From the NCBI GenBank assembly GCA_964511495.1, contig CAZEFT010000002.1, forward strand, positions 67,112-131,111: DNA of 64,000 bases. Reading direction: 5' to 3'. Both the position numbers and the translations under genes were made by a program. The DNA is from an uncultured Algimonas sp. GTDB taxonomy: Bacteria > Pseudomonadota > Alphaproteobacteria > Caulobacterales > Maricaulaceae. Position 1 is the first letter of the stretch; each line of letters opens with the position of its first letter. Of the stretch, positions 9,137 to 20,024 are shown piece after piece. The notes beneath the pieces were generated by a model. The model saw only the letters and a list, made by a program, of their open reading frames with translations. It did no database searches and was not told the DNA's origin.

Positions 9137-10591
9137 ATGATTAAAGCGGTTCAATATGCGGGTCAGACCCTCGCGGTTTTTGGCCTCGGCCGAAGCGGGA
9201 TTACGGCTGCGCTCTCCCTACAGGCGGGCGGAGCAACGGTTCTCGCATGGGATGACCGTGAAGAAGCCCGTGACAGCGCCGCAGAGCAGGGCGTCACGAT
9301 TTCTGATTTGCAAAAAGCAGATTGGAAGACGATTGATGCACTCGTCTTAAGTCCCGGCGTGCCGCATATCTTACCCGCTCCGCATTGGTCGGCGGCTCTT
9401 GCAACACAAGCCGATGTGCCGATCATTTGTGATATAGAGATTTTCGCGCGCGAAGTGGGGGCAGTGCCTGAGGACAACCGGCCAAAAATTATCGCAATCA
9501 CCGGTACAAATGGAAAGTCTACGACCACAGCTCTGATTGGTCATATTTTAACCGTATGCGGGAAAGACACACAAATCGGCGGGAATATTGGTCGCGGAGT
9601 TTTGGATTTGGACCGCATGCATTCCGGGTCCTATTTTGTGGTGGAATTGTCTTCTTACCAATTGGAGCGCACTTATAGTTTGCGTGCCAATTCTGCCGTT
9701 TATTTGAATCTTAGCCCCGATCATTTGGACCGTCACGGTGACCTTCGTGGTTATGCCAATGCGAAAACGCGCATTTTCCTCAATCAACGCAAGGGAGACG
9801 CTGCAATTATCGGTACGGATGACAGTAATGGCCAAGACTTGCTGTGTGAAATGAAGGCGGAAAAGAAAGCGAGAACAATTCCGATTTCTGCACGTCGTTC
9901 TATCGGTTCAGGTGTTTTTGTCTTGGGCGGAAAATTATTTTGCACGCAAGGTAAACGGGTCGAAGAGATTTGTAATTTGAACAAAGCCAAAGCTTTAGAA
10001 GGTCAGCATAATTGGCAAAATGCCGCTGCGGCCTTTGCCGCCGTTCAATCTCTCGGCTTAAAGCCGCGCGATATCGGCAAAGCCATTTTATCCTTCCCAG
10101 GCCTGTCTCACCGCATGGAAACCATCGGCAAAGCCGGGAAAGTCCGTTTCGTCAATGACAGTAAAGCGACCAATGCGGATGCCGCCAAACAGGCGCTTAA
10201 CAGCTATGATGAGATTTTTTGGATTGCAGGCGGCGTGGCGAAAGAAGGCGGGATTGAGCCGCTTCAACCGCTTTTCGACAACGTAGAAAAAGCTTACTTG
10301 ATCGGTGAGTCGTCCAAAGCCTTCGCTCGCACATTAAGTAAAAGCAAAGTCGATTATAAAGCTTCCGGCACTTTGGAAATGGCCGTGCTGTGTGCCACGC
10401 GTGACGCTTTGGAATCAAAAGCCCGCAATCCGATTGTTCTTTTAGCTCCAGCCTGTGCGAGTTTTGATCAATTCCCGAATTTCGAAGTGAGGGGCGAGGC
10501 TTTCCGTGATCAGGCGCAAAAAGTGATTGATTTGTTTGAAGATGAAATGAAAGCCAAACGTCGTAAAACCAAAAAGGCGATTGCCTCATGA
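9137..10591 (+). CDS. murD: UDP-N-acetylmuramoylalanine--D-glutamate ligase
   Basis: N-terminal Rossmann motif VFGLGRSG, P-loop ITGTNGKSTT, NDSKATN. Confidence 0.95.
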   Translation: MIKAVQYAGQTLAVFGLGRSGITAALSLQAGGATVLAWDDREEARDSAAEQGVTISDLQKADWKTIDALVLSPGVPHILPAPHWSAALATQADVPIICDIEIFAREVGAVPEDNRPKIIAITGTNGKSTTTALIGHILTVCGKDTQIGGNIGRGVLDLDRMHSGSYFVVELSSYQLERTYSLRANSAVYLNLSPDHLDRHGDLRGYANAKTRIFLNQRKGDAAIIGTDDSNGQDLLCEMKAEKKARTIPISARRSIGSGVFVLGGKLFCTQGKRVEEICNLNKAKALEGQHNWQNAAAAFAAVQSLGLKPRDIGKAILSFPGLSHRMETIGKAGKVRFVNDSKATNADAAKQALNSYDEIFWIAGGVAKEGGIEPLQPLFDNVEKAYLIGESSKAFARTLSKSKVDYKASGTLEMAVLCATRDALESKARNPIVLLAPACASFDQFPNFEVRGEAFRDQAQKVIDLFEDEMKAKRRKTKKAIAS

Positions 10592-11739
10592 TGGTTATGG
10601 GAAAGCAAGGCTTTTTATCTTCACGTTCTCGGCGGACATTGGTCGGGGAGTGGTGGCGTAGTGTCGACCAAACCCAACTTGTTCTGCTAATTGTTTTATT
10701 GGGCGCGGGCTTAATTTTGTCTATGGCCGCTTCACCCGCTGCGGCTTCACGATTAGGCTATGCCAGCCCTTTTTACTTTTTATATAAACACCTTATCTTT
10801 GCACTGGCAGGGATTGGCGGAGCTATTTTTGTATCATTTCTCGGGCCATTATGGGCGCGACGATTAGGTGTGATAACGCTTCTGGCGACCATCGCTCTGA
10901 TGGCCGCTTTGCCGTTTATCGGTTATGAGGTGAAAGGAGCGGTGCGATGGTTCCGCTTTCTAGGCTTCTCATTGCAACCTTCGGAATTTGCGAAACCGGC
11001 CTTTATAGTTTTCGCCGCTTGGATGTTTTCCGTCCATAAAAAAGATCCGGGCGTTCCGTCCATTGTCATTGTGATTGCGGTCTACATGCTTATGATTGCG
11101 TTACTTATTACACAACCTGATTTCGGTCAGTCTTTCCTTTTAACGCTTGGTTTTGCCGCCGTTTTCTTTTTTGCAGGATTATCCCTCGGTTGGGTCTTGT
11201 TTTTCTTGGCTGGTATTATTCTCAGCTCCGTTGCCGCCTATATGGCGCTGCCCCATGTCAGAGCGCGGGTGGAGGCCTTTATGTCGCCTAATTCGGCTGA
11301 TAGCTACCAGACCGATAAGGCGCTCGAAGCCATAGCTCACGGCGGGTTATTTGGTCGAGGGCCGGGAGAAGGTGCAGTGAAATTTGATATTCCTGATGGA
11401 CATACGGACTTTATCTTTGCCGTGACAGTCGAAGAATTTGGATTTTTGATCTCTGTCGTCCTAATCCTTCTTTTGGCGAGTTTCGTCATTCGCGCTTACC
11501 GTAATGCGTTACGATTGAATGATTATTTTTGCCAATTAGCGGTCGCAGGATTGGCCACTCTGGTCGGTATGCAAATGGTGATAAATTTGTTCGTAAATTT
11601 AAATATGGCCCCGTCTAAAGGTATGACGTTACCCTTTATTTCTTCGGGTGGGTCGTCTTTACTCTCTCTCTGTTTTACCGCTGGGCTCATATTGGCTTTC
11701 ACCGCCAAACGCCCTGGAGCCTATGGATATGGAGATTAG
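10588..11739 (+). CDS. ftsW: Peptidoglycan glycosyltransferase FtsW (SEDS family)
   Basis: About 10 TM segments. Motifs SLQPSEFAKP, TDFIFAV, PSKGMTLPFISSGGSS. ATGA overlap with murD. Confidence 0.9.
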   Translation: MMVMGKQGFLSSRSRRTLVGEWWRSVDQTQLVLLIVLLGAGLILSMAASPAAASRLGYASPFYFLYKHLIFALAGIGGAIFVSFLGPLWARRLGVITLLATIALMAALPFIGYEVKGAVRWFRFLGFSLQPSEFAKPAFIVFAAWMFSVHKKDPGVPSIVIVIAVYMLMIALLITQPDFGQSFLLTLGFAAVFFFAGLSLGWVLFFLAGIILSSVAAYMALPHVRARVEAFMSPNSADSYQTDKALEAIAHGGLFGRGPGEGAVKFDIPDGHTDFIFAVTVEEFGFLISVVLILLLASFVIRAYRNALRLNDYFCQLAVAGLATLVGMQMVINLFVNLNMAPSKGMTLPFISSGGSSLLSLCFTAGLILAFTAKRPGAYGYGD

Positions 11740-11742
11740 ATT

Positions 11743-12831
11743 GTGCCGAAATTACTCCTTGCCGCCGGTGGTACGGGCGGTCACATGTTTCCTGCACAAG
11801 CATTGGCTGAAATATTAAAAGCCAGAGGGTGGGACATCGCCATGATGACCGATGCTCGCGGTCATAAACATACAGGCAAAATTCCGGCTGACCCAATCAT
11901 AGATGTTGAAGCGGCGAGCCTGTCTTTGAAAAAACCGGTCTCCGCTGTGAAAGGGGTGTTTAAACTCCGCAAAGGCATCGCCCAAGCACGAAAATTTCTG
12001 AAATCATGGCAACCGGATATCGTAGTTGGATTTGGCGGATACCCCGCATTCCCTGCTTTAAAAGCCGCTCAAGCATTGAATATTCCAACCGTCCTGCATG
12101 AGCAAAACGCCGTTCTGGGACGGGTGAACCGCGTTTTCGCGGTCAAAGCCAAATGCGTCGTATCCGGCTTTGAAACTTTGGAACGTTTACCTCAAGGGGC
12201 CAAGCATGAAGTCTTGGGCAATCCTTTGCGTGAGCAGATTATTGAGGCTGTGCCTGAGCATTATGAATTACCGGATGAATTCATCAGTCTTTTGATTGTC
12301 GGTGGGAGTTTGGGCGCGCGTATTGTAGGCGAAGTCGTCCCGCAAGCGATAGCCTTATTGCCGGAACCTATGCGCAAGCGGTTAAAGGTCGTGCAACAGG
12401 CGCGCCCCGAACAACTCGAAAGCGTAAAACGTCTTTATGAAGCGGCTGGCGTAACGGCGTTATGTGAGCCTTTCTTTGGCGATATTGAAACACATTTGGC
12501 GAAAGCGCATTTCATTATTGGCCGCGCTGGCGCCTCTTCGGTCTCTGAAATCGCTGTGATGGGTAAGCCGAGTTTGCTTGTTCCCTTAGCGATTGCCATG
12601 GATGATCATCAAACGGTCAATGCGCGGTCACTGGAACGCCTTGGCGCTGCCGATATTTTGCCCGAATCCGAGTTTACACGTGACGCTGTGAAATCTATTC
12701 TTGAGGCACGGCTTAGTGATTCAATCTGGCTTAAAAACGCAGCAGACGCCGCCCGTCAAGCCGGGCGACCCCTCGCAGCAACCGACCTTGCAGCGCTGGT
12801 CTCTGCCATCGCCTTTAAATCGACCGTCTAA
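11743..12831 (+). CDS. murG: UDP-N-acetylglucosamine--N-acetylmuramyl-(pentapeptide) pyrophosphoryl-undecaprenol GlcNAc transferase
   Basis: [15 protein letters not shown]-loop, [25 protein letters not shown] start. Confidence 0.95.
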   Translation: MPKLLLAAGGTGGHMFPAQALAEILKARGWDIAMMTDARGHKHTGKIPADPIIDVEAASLSLKKPVSAVKGVFKLRKGIAQARKFLKSWQPDIVVGFGGYPAFPALKAAQALNIPTVLHEQNAVLGRVNRVFAVKAKCVVSGFETLERLPQGAKHEVLGNPLREQIIEAVPEHYELPDEFISLLIVGGSLGARIVGEVVPQAIALLPEPMRKRLKVVQQARPEQLESVKRLYEAAGVTALCEPFFGDIETHLAKAHFIIGRAGASSVSEIAVMGKPSLLVPLAIAMDDHQTVNARSLERLGAADILPESEFTRDAVKSILEARLSDSIWLKNAADAARQAGRPLAATDLAALVSAIAFKSTV

Positions 12832-12859
12832 TGACAGGCAACGGGAAGATAAAAATAAT

Positions 12860-14278
12860 ATGCCCCAACCTGATTTAAAAACCCAATCACTGGCGACGAA
12901 AGTACCTTTTGATACGGGGCCTATCCATTTTGTCGGAATAGGCGGTATCGGCATGAGTGGCATAGCCGAAGTCTTGTTGAATTTGGGCTACCAAGTTCAA
13001 GGCTCGGACATGCGCGAGAGCGCAAATACGGAGCGCTTGCGTAAATTAGGGGCAGAAATTTTTATCGGTCAAAAAGAAGGTCAAGTCCAAGGCGCTGGTG
13101 CGGTAGTTCTCTCTTCAGCGATTAAATCCGATAATCCCGAATTAATGGATGCTCGTGCACAATCTATACCCGTTGTCCGTCGCGCTGAAATGCTGGCCGA
13201 ACTAATGCGTTTAAAATGGACAATCGCCGTCGGCGGAACGCATGGCAAAACAACCACAACCACGATGATTGCCGCTTTACTGGAAGGTGGGGACATCGAC
13301 CCGACCGTGATCAATGGGGGTATCATCAATGCTTATGGGTCTAACGCCAAGCTGGGCCTCGGTGATTGGATGGTCGTCGAAGCTGATGAAAGTGACGGCT
13401 CATTCCTCAAACTTTTGCCAACCGTGGCTGTTGTAACAAATATCGACGCAGAACATATGGAACATTACGGCGATTTTGAAACATTGAGAGGGGCTTTTCA
13501 CAGCTTTGTTCAAAACCTCCCTTTCTATGGCTTTTCCGTCTTATGTATTGATCACCCCGAAGTCCAAGCTTTGGTCAGTAAGGTCACAGACCGCCGCGTC
13601 ATCACTTATGGGTTTAATCCGCAAGCCGACGTTAGGGCAGAAAATCTCGAACTGGAACCTACAGGCTCCCGCTTTGATGTCGCCTTTGAGGACGGACCGG
13701 TTTGGAAAGATTTATTCCTGCCCATGGCCGGAAAACATAATACGCAAAATGTTCTTTCTGCCATCGCCGTCTCGCGCGAATTGGGTTTAACCGAAGCTCA
13801 GGTCAGAAGTGGCTTGGAAAGCTTTGGCGGCGTGAAACGGCGCTTTACCAAGGTCGGCGAATGGAATGGCGTCACTATTATTGATGATTATGGACACCAT
13901 CCTGTTGAAATTTCCGCCGTCTTACAAGCCGCTCGCCAAGTGGCCAGAGGTCGCGTCCATGCTGTGGTTCAACCCCATCGTTATTCACGATTATCTGATC
14001 ATTTTGAAGATTTCTCGACCTGTTTCAATGATGCGGATTTTGTCTATGTCGCAGATGTTTATGAGGCGGGTGAAGCGCCCATTGAAGGCATTAGCGGGCC
14101 GTCCTTAGCCAAAAGTGTGATGTCTCACGGCCATAAAAATGTCGGTTTAACGGGTAAGCAAACTTTGGCCGAAGACCTCAAACCTAATCTTGAAAGCAGT
14201 GATCTCATCGTCTGTTTGGGTGCAGGGGATATCACCTATTGGGCTGCCGATTTGGCAACACAACTGGACGCGCTTTGA
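12860..14278 (+). CDS. murC: UDP-N-acetylmuramate--L-alanine ligase
   Basis: [32 protein letters not shown]. Start taken at ATG 12860. The ORF-track extension from 12701 lies inside murG in another frame. Confidence 0.95.
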   Translation: MPQPDLKTQSLATKVPFDTGPIHFVGIGGIGMSGIAEVLLNLGYQVQGSDMRESANTERLRKLGAEIFIGQKEGQVQGAGAVVLSSAIKSDNPELMDARAQSIPVVRRAEMLAELMRLKWTIAVGGTHGKTTTTTMIAALLEGGDIDPTVINGGIINAYGSNAKLGLGDWMVVEADESDGSFLKLLPTVAVVTNIDAEHMEHYGDFETLRGAFHSFVQNLPFYGFSVLCIDHPEVQALVSKVTDRRVITYGFNPQADVRAENLELEPTGSRFDVAFEDGPVWKDLFLPMAGKHNTQNVLSAIAVSRELGLTEAQVRSGLESFGGVKRRFTKVGEWNGVTIIDDYGHHPVEISAVLQAARQVARGRVHAVVQPHRYSRLSDHFEDFSTCFNDADFVYVADVYEAGEAPIEGISGPSLAKSVMSHGHKNVGLTGKQTLAEDLKPNLESSDLIVCLGAGDITYWAADLATQLDAL

Positions 14279-15189
14279 TGGCATTACTGGATCGACTGCC
14301 GACGGTTCGGGGATCCTTGAAAGCCGATGTCCCTTTGGCGCCTTATAGTTGGCTGCGGGTTGGTGGACCTGCCGAGGCTTTTTTTATGCCCAAGGATGAA
14401 GCCGATTTGGCGCATTTTCTGTCCTCTACACCTGATGATATTCCTGTCCAAGTTTTGGGTGTGGCGTCCAATACGCTCATTCGCGATGGGGGCGTCAAAG
14501 GTGTCGTCATCCGCTTAGGCCCGGCTTTTGCGAAAGTCCGCTGTGAGGGTACAACCGTTACAGCAGGGTCTAGCGCTCTGGATAATAAAGTTGCGAAAGA
14601 GGCCGCGAAGCATGGTATTGGTGGATTGGAGTTTTACGCAGGTATTCCCGGCACGATTGGCGGAGCGCTGCGGATGAATGCAGGCTGTTATGGCGCGGAG
14701 ACCAAAGATGTTTTGGTGGAGGCCGTCGCAATTGATCGCCGCGGCCGCCGCGAGGTTTTATCCGTTGAAGATTTCGGCTATCGCTATCGCGGTAGTGAGG
14801 CAGCGCCTGATTTGATCTTTACCGAAGCGGTTTTTCGAGGGCAGGCGGATAAGCCCGAGGCCGTGACAGAGCGTATGGATGCGATTACTCAAAAACGCGA
14901 AGAGAGCCAGCCTATTCGCGAAAAAACCGGAGGCTCGACCTTTAAAAACCCTGATCCTGAACAATCGGGCGGGCGTGGGGCTTGGCAGGTGATTGACGCC
15001 GCTGGCGGGAGAGGGTTTCGCGTTGGTGGGGCACAAATGAGCGAAAAACACTGCAATTTTATGATCAATACCGGGGAGGCAACTGCGGCTGACCTTGAAT
15101 CTTTGGGCGAGACTATCCGAGAAAAGGTGCGTGCCAGTGAGGGAGTTGATTTGGAGTGGGAAGTCAAACGCATTGGAGAGCCAAAATGA
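14278..15189 (+). CDS. murB: UDP-N-acetylenolpyruvoylglucosamine reductase
   Basis: FAD-binding region SWLRVGGPAE, GVASNTLIRDGG, GGSTFKNP, and a MurB C-terminal domain. ATG 14278 overlaps the murC stop by 1 nt. Confidence 0.95.
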   Translation: MALLDRLPTVRGSLKADVPLAPYSWLRVGGPAEAFFMPKDEADLAHFLSSTPDDIPVQVLGVASNTLIRDGGVKGVVIRLGPAFAKVRCEGTTVTAGSSALDNKVAKEAAKHGIGGLEFYAGIPGTIGGALRMNAGCYGAETKDVLVEAVAIDRRGRREVLSVEDFGYRYRGSEAAPDLIFTEAVFRGQADKPEAVTERMDAITQKREESQPIREKTGGSTFKNPDPEQSGGRGAWQVIDAAGGRGFRVGGAQMSEKHCNFMINTGEATAADLESLGETIREKVRASEGVDLEWEVKRIGEPK

Positions 15190-16109
15190 AGGTCGCGGTT
15201 CTAAAAGGGGGGCTATCCTCAGAACGTGAAGTCTCTCTCGTGTCCGGTGCGGCTTGCGCCAAAGCCCTACGCGAAGAAGGGTTCGACGTTGTCGAGATTG
15301 ACGTCACACGCGAGCTTTGGAACCAATTGGAAAGCGTACAGCCCGATGTCATCTTTAATGCCCTTCATGGGGATTGGGGTGAGGACGGACGTGTGCAAGG
15401 CGTTTTAGATATGTTTGGCAAACCCTATACTCATTCCGGTGTGATGGCCTCTGCTTTGGCGATGGATAAGCATCGCGCCAAACATGTTTTGAAAGCCGTC
15501 GGTATTGATGTGCCTGAAGGAGGTTTGTTTAATCGCTTAGACGTCGCGCAAGCCCACCCTATTGCGCCGCCTTATGTGGTCAAACCCAATGGGCAAGGCT
15601 CGTCTAAATCTGTTTACATTATACAAGATGAAGACAGCAATCTTTGCTCTGCTATCGCCGAAGATACAGAGATGGGGGAGGCGGTCATTGTCGAAGCCTA
15701 TATTCCGGGACGGGAACTGACCGTGGCCGTGATGGACGGGAAAGCGCTCGCTGTGACGGAAATCATCCCGCAAACCGAATGGTACGACTATGAGGCAAAA
15801 TATGCCGATGGGGGCTCGGTTCATGTTGTCCCGGCGGACATTTCCGAAGATGTGACCGAGATTTGTAAAGATTGGGCCGAAAAAGCCCATACAGCCTTAG
15901 GGTGTCGTGGATTATCGCGTGCAGATTTCAGATTTTATGAAAAAAATGCAATTTCTGGTACCATAGTAAACAAAATCGTAATGCTTGAAGTGAATACTCA
16001 ACCCGGAATGACTCCGATGTCCCTCGCGCCTGAACAGGCCGCACATGTCGGAATTACGTTTGGACAGCTTTGCCGCTGGTTGGTTGAGGACGCTACATGG
16101 CCAAGATAA
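15186..16109 (+). CDS. ddl: D-alanine--D-alanine ligase
   Basis: MKVAVLKGGLSSEREVSLVSG, ALHGDWGEDGRVQG, ATP-grasp domain, EVNTQPGMTPMSL. ATGA overlap with murB. Confidence 0.95.
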   Translation: MKVAVLKGGLSSEREVSLVSGAACAKALREEGFDVVEIDVTRELWNQLESVQPDVIFNALHGDWGEDGRVQGVLDMFGKPYTHSGVMASALAMDKHRAKHVLKAVGIDVPEGGLFNRLDVAQAHPIAPPYVVKPNGQGSSKSVYIIQDEDSNLCSAIAEDTEMGEAVIVEAYIPGRELTVAVMDGKALAVTEIIPQTEWYDYEAKYADGGSVHVVPADISEDVTEICKDWAEKAHTALGCRGLSRADFRFYEKNAISGTIVNKIVMLEVNTQPGMTPMSLAPEQAAHVGITFGQLCRWLVEDATWPR

Positions 16110-16978
16110 AGAAAAAATCGTCCTATGTGAATGGGTCGGTGCAACGGGTCTCCCCATTAAAGCCCGGATTACGCGGTGCGAAAGCGTGGACAGCTTCTAA
16201 AGTCCGCGCTGCCGGACATTCCCGCAAAAGCTTTTTACAATTTACCGGAGGCGTGGCCGCCATTTTTGTGGCCATTACAGTCGTGGCGCTCTGGTTGGGT
16301 GGCTTCTGGCCACTCATCATCAAAAATGCGACTATCTATAAGCAAAGCCGCCTTATGGATATGGGTTTTGTAGTTTCACAAGTTGATGTGATGGGGGAAG
16401 GGCGTCTCGATGAAGCGGAAGTGCGCCGCGCTTTGAACATCCGCCCGGGTGATTATTTCTTTGGTGTCGATTTGCGTAAGGCCCAATTACGAACGGAAAG
16501 CCTGCCTTGGGTTGATCGGGCTGTGGTGCGTCGCCTCTGGCCGAACCGCATCGTCGTCCAACTGGTCGAAGATCAACCTTATGCGCTTTGGCAGAATGAA
16601 GGGGCGTTATCCCTCGTTGATGTTGACGGCACAGTCATCGCACCGATTGGCGGTCGTATTACAATTCCCGAAGGCATTTTTCACGTTGTCGGAAAAGGTG
16701 CCGCGCAAAATACGGCTAAATTAGAGACCTTGCTCGTTCAATGGCCGGGGTTGAAATCTCGTGTGTCCTCTGCCGTTTACGTCTCCGAGAAACGTTGGAA
16801 TGTGATTATTGATGAAAAAATTACGGTCAAATTACCCGTGAAAAACCTTGAACAAGCCTTTGCTCAACTCGCCAGATTACAGGCGGAAACTCAAATTTTG
16901 GATCGCAAGCTGAGCATAATCGACTTGCGCTTGCCTGATCGCGTCACTTTGCGTCCCTTTGACGAGACACAGGCCTGA
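16097..16978 (+). CDS. ftsQ: Cell division protein FtsQ
   Basis: Basic N-terminus, one TM (GGVAAIFVAITVVALWLGGFW), then POTRA-like and FtsQ domains (VRRLWPNRIVVQLVE). Sits between ddl and ftsA. Confidence 0.85.
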   Translation: MAKIKKKSSYVNGSVQRVSPLKPGLRGAKAWTASKVRAAGHSRKSFLQFTGGVAAIFVAITVVALWLGGFWPLIIKNATIYKQSRLMDMGFVVSQVDVMGEGRLDEAEVRRALNIRPGDYFFGVDLRKAQLRTESLPWVDRAVVRRLWPNRIVVQLVEDQPYALWQNEGALSLVDVDGTVIAPIGGRITIPEGIFHVVGKGAAQNTAKLETLLVQWPGLKSRVSSAVYVSEKRWNVIIDEKITVKLPVKNLEQAFAQLARLQAETQILDRKLSIIDLRLPDRVTLRPFDETQA

Positions 16979-16986
16979 TATAGACG

Positions 16987-18258
16987 ATGTTTAGGCGTTC
17001 CCCTCAAAAATCTGCTGAGACGGTGGCTGTCCTCGACATCGGGTCGAGCAAAGTCGTCTGTCTGATTGGCAAGGTCGAGCCAGATATCGGTGTCCGCCTG
17101 ATTGGCACGGGTTTTGGCGTCAGCGCCGGGGTGAAAAACGGAGCTGTTATAGATTTGGAAGCGGCGGAAGCCGGAATACGCGCCGCCGTTGAAAAAGCCG
17201 AGCGGTCTGCCGGTGTGACCGTTCATGCCGTCAAAGTAAACGTCGCTTTACGCTCTTTACGCTCGCAGCATATGCGCGTTCAGACGGAATTTGCGAGTGG
17301 CGGTGTCGCCGATCGAGATTTGAAACGTGTCCTAAACTCAAGCCTGTCAGAGCTCTCGCAACCGGATTATGCCATCTTACATGCCATTCCGATGAATTGG
17401 AGTGTGGACGGCGAAACGGGCATTGATGATCCCCGCGGGATGTTCGGCAAGACGCTCGGCGTTGATATGCATTTCGTTTTGGGCGGGGTTGGGCCTTTGC
17501 GTAACTTGGCCCATTGTATTGAGCGATGCCATCTTCAAATCCGTTCCGTTACTGCATCGCCTTATGCCTCGGCTTTGTCCGTCTTGACCGAAGATGAACG
17601 TGATCTCGGCACAACCGTGATTGATATGGGGGCAGGGGTCACGTCCGTTGCCGTCTTCCGTGACCGTGTTCTGATGCATGTTGATGCCATTGGCGTAGGC
17701 GGAATCAGTGTAACACAAGACATTGCACGCGGTCTTGCCACGCCGCCCGAAGCCGCAGAGCGCATCAAAACTATATATGGCTCCGCCCTACACGGCATTG
17801 ATGATGACCATATGACTGTGCCGTGCCCTCCGGTTGGCGCGCAAGACACATTGCAACATCACCCGCGAGCCGTTGTGACCGAAGTTATCCGTTCCCGTAT
17901 CGAAGAGATATTTGAATTGATTGCAGAGCGCTTGCTTCAGTCAGGGATGGATGAAATTTCAGGCCGTCAAATCGTTCTGACAGGTGGTGGCGCGCAGCTT
18001 AATGGCGTCCGGGAATTGGCCGAATTAAAATTTAATAAGCGTGTTCGCATTGGCCAGCCACACGGAATTTTCAGCCTTAGCGATACGCTGCTCTCCTCAG
18101 ATTTTGCTGTGGCAACGGGCATGTTAAAACAATCATTTGAAGCTTGCGGCGAAGCTATATCAGGCCCACCGGATTTATCAGGACGGCGCTTCCGTGAACG
18201 CCGCTATTCTGGTCATGCTCTGGGGCGTTCTTTCCAGTGGTTGCGTGAAAACTTTTAA
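16987..18258 (+). CDS. ftsA: Cell division protein FtsA
   Basis: Actin-fold motifs VLDIGSSKVVCL, VIDMGAGVTSVAVF, LTGGGAQLNGV. Confidence 0.95.
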   Translation: MFRRSPQKSAETVAVLDIGSSKVVCLIGKVEPDIGVRLIGTGFGVSAGVKNGAVIDLEAAEAGIRAAVEKAERSAGVTVHAVKVNVALRSLRSQHMRVQTEFASGGVADRDLKRVLNSSLSELSQPDYAILHAIPMNWSVDGETGIDDPRGMFGKTLGVDMHFVLGGVGPLRNLAHCIERCHLQIRSVTASPYASALSVLTEDERDLGTTVIDMGAGVTSVAVFRDRVLMHVDAIGVGGISVTQDIARGLATPPEAAERIKTIYGSALHGIDDDHMTVPCPPVGAQDTLQHHPRAVVTEVIRSRIEEIFELIAERLLQSGMDEISGRQIVLTGGGAQLNGVRELAELKFNKRVRIGQPHGIFSLSDTLLSSDFAVATGMLKQSFEACGEAISGPPDLSGRRFRERRYSGHALGRSFQWLRENF

Positions 18259-18336
18259 TGATTCGCCTTTTGGCGAGCTACCCAAGGTTTACAAACACTG
18301 CATAAAAGCATGAATTTCACCTGAAATTTACGTTTC

Positions 18337-18351
18337 TTAATCGCCCTTTAA
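18337..18351 (+). promoter_or_regulatory. Perfect TTAA-N7-TTAA (CtrA-type) box upstream of ftsZ
   Basis: TTAAtcgccctTTAA, 55-69 nt upstream of the ftsZ ATG. An additional half-site-like TTAACCAA lies at 18373-18380 and a GANTC (GATTC) at 18260-18264. Confidence 0.45.
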
Positions 18352-18405
18352 CGGTTTGCCCGCATCACTGTCTTAACCAAACATTGACTATAATCGGGAA
18401 ACGTC

Positions 18406-19878
18406 ATGCCAATTAATCTGTCACTACCCAAGGCGGTTGAACTTAAACCTCGCATCGTTGTTATCGGTGTCGGCGGCGCAGGCGGAAATGCCGTCAATAA
18501 TATGATCGGGGCTGGTCTTGATGGCGTCGAATTTGTTGTCGCTAATACAGATGCTCAAGCTCTCTCTCTTTCACGCGCCGATCGTCGTGTGCAAATGGGA
18601 ACAGGCGTCACGCAAGGCTTAGGCGCGGGTATGCGTCCGGAAATTGGTGAAGAATCCGCCGAAGACAGTTTAGAAGAAATCATGGAACATCTCGACGGCG
18701 CACACATGTTGTTCGTTGCCGCCGGTATGGGCGGCGGTACAGGAACAGGGGCTGCTCCGGTTATTGCTCGTGCTGCACGTGAAAAAGGAATTTTGACGGT
18801 CGGTATCGTGACAAAGCCCTTCATGTTTGAAGGCTCCCGCCGCATGAAATTGGCCGAACAGGGTATCGAAAATCTCTACGCTTCTGTCGATACGATGATT
18901 ACAATTCCGAACCAGAATCTTTTCCGGGTCGCGACAGAAAATACGACAATGTCTGACGCTTTCGCTATGGCCGATGAAGTTCTGCATAGTGGTGTACGCG
19001 GTGTGACCGATTTAATGGTCGTTCCGGGCTTAATCAACCTTGATTTCAATGATGTTCGCACAATTATGGACGAAATGGGCAAAGCCATGATGGGTACAGG
19101 GGAGGCAACAGGCGAACGGCGCGCTGTTGAAGCTGCTGAGTCTGCCATTAACAACCCGCTTCTGGATGATGTCTCTTTGAAAGGCGCGAAAGGCGTTCTC
19201 ATCAATATTACCGGCGGTAACGATTTGACACTCTACGAAGTGGATGAAGCCGCCTCACTAATCCGCGGTCAGGTCGATGAAAACGCTAATATTATCGTTG
19301 GTTCTGCTTTGGACCACGATTTGGACGGCATCATACGTGTGTCTGTTGTGGCAACAGGTGTTGATTCTGAAGCTCGTGAAGGAACACCGCCTGTGGCGTT
19401 CGCCCGTCGCGAAAGTGCAGCGCAAGCCCAAATCCCGGCCCAAACTATTGTTCAAGACAGTACAATGGCGACAATGGCCAAACCCGAAGACGATAAGTTT
19501 TCAGCCTTTAATCCGGTTGCCGAGATGCAAAAAGAAGTCGAGCAAGAGTTTACGCAAGTGGCCCCTGCACCTTCCATTGAGGCGGCTGCGCCTCCGCCTT
19601 ACGTCGCGCCGCGTCCGTTCCCACCAAAAGTTGAGTCGGAAGCGCCTGCACCTGTTCAACAAATGCCTCACGTTACGCCTGCATCGCAGCCAACCATTCC
19701 GGATCCTGCACCTCAGCAAAAAGCCCGTTCAGCCTTCGGCCTGTTTGGTTTTGGTAAGAAGGCCACGCAATCACCCATCAAAACGCAAACAACGAAGCCA
19801 CCTATGGGGGATTTGTTCGCCGATGATATGGAAGACGAATTAGAAATTCCAAGCTTCTTGCGACGTCAGAGTCGTTAG
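18406..19878 (+). CDS. ftsZ: Cell division GTPase FtsZ
   Basis: [13 protein letters not shown], tubulin signature [13 protein letters not shown], long P/A/Q-rich linker, C-terminal peptide [12 protein letters not shown]. Confidence 0.97.
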   Translation: MPINLSLPKAVELKPRIVVIGVGGAGGNAVNNMIGAGLDGVEFVVANTDAQALSLSRADRRVQMGTGVTQGLGAGMRPEIGEESAEDSLEEIMEHLDGAHMLFVAAGMGGGTGTGAAPVIARAAREKGILTVGIVTKPFMFEGSRRMKLAEQGIENLYASVDTMITIPNQNLFRVATENTTMSDAFAMADEVLHSGVRGVTDLMVVPGLINLDFNDVRTIMDEMGKAMMGTGEATGERRAVEAAESAINNPLLDDVSLKGAKGVLINITGGNDLTLYEVDEAASLIRGQVDENANIIVGSALDHDLDGIIRVSVVATGVDSEAREGTPPVAFARRESAAQAQIPAQTIVQDSTMATMAKPEDDKFSAFNPVAEMQKEVEQEFTQVAPAPSIEAAAPPPYVAPRPFPPKVESEAPAPVQQMPHVTPASQPTIPDPAPQQKARSAFGLFGFGKKATQSPIKTQTTKPPMGDLFADDMEDELEIPSFLRRQSR

Positions 19879-19929
19879 AAAGCTGTCCGTAAAGCTTCTA
19901 AAGCCTTACAATTCAGTTAGATAAGTCCA

Positions 19930-19960
19930 AAACCCGACATATTTGTCGGGTTTTTTTGTT
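19930..19960 (+). terminator. Rho-independent terminator after ftsZ
   Basis: Stem ACCCGACA / TGTCGGGT with a 4-nt loop, followed by TTTTTTTGTTTTT. Confidence 0.7.
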
Positions 19961-20024
19961 TTTGTAACACGCTGTAACATGAGGTTTATTGTCGATAGAC
20001 GGTGGCTGACGTTACGTCCAAACT

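Noticed and set aside
12701-12859. N-terminal extension of the murC ORF (and analogous extensions of the rsmH, murB, ddl, recN, bamD, P450 and OmpA ORFs)
   Set aside because: The extensions overlap the preceding gene in another frame or add non-homologous residues. Internal ATGs that give ATGA/TAATG coupling or proper signal peptides match the conserved N-termini.
18389-18394. Perfect TATAAT hexamer 11 nt before the ftsZ ATG
   Set aside because: It is too close to the start codon, overlapping the SD region, and the adjacent TTGACT has no proper 17-bp spacing. It is probably fortuitous.
19277-19843. 188-aa alternative-frame ORF inside the ftsZ linker region (very basic product)
   Set aside because: It lies wholly within the well-supported ftsZ frame. 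The open frame is explained by the biased, repeat-like P/A/Q codon composition of the linker, and no start or SD context is present.
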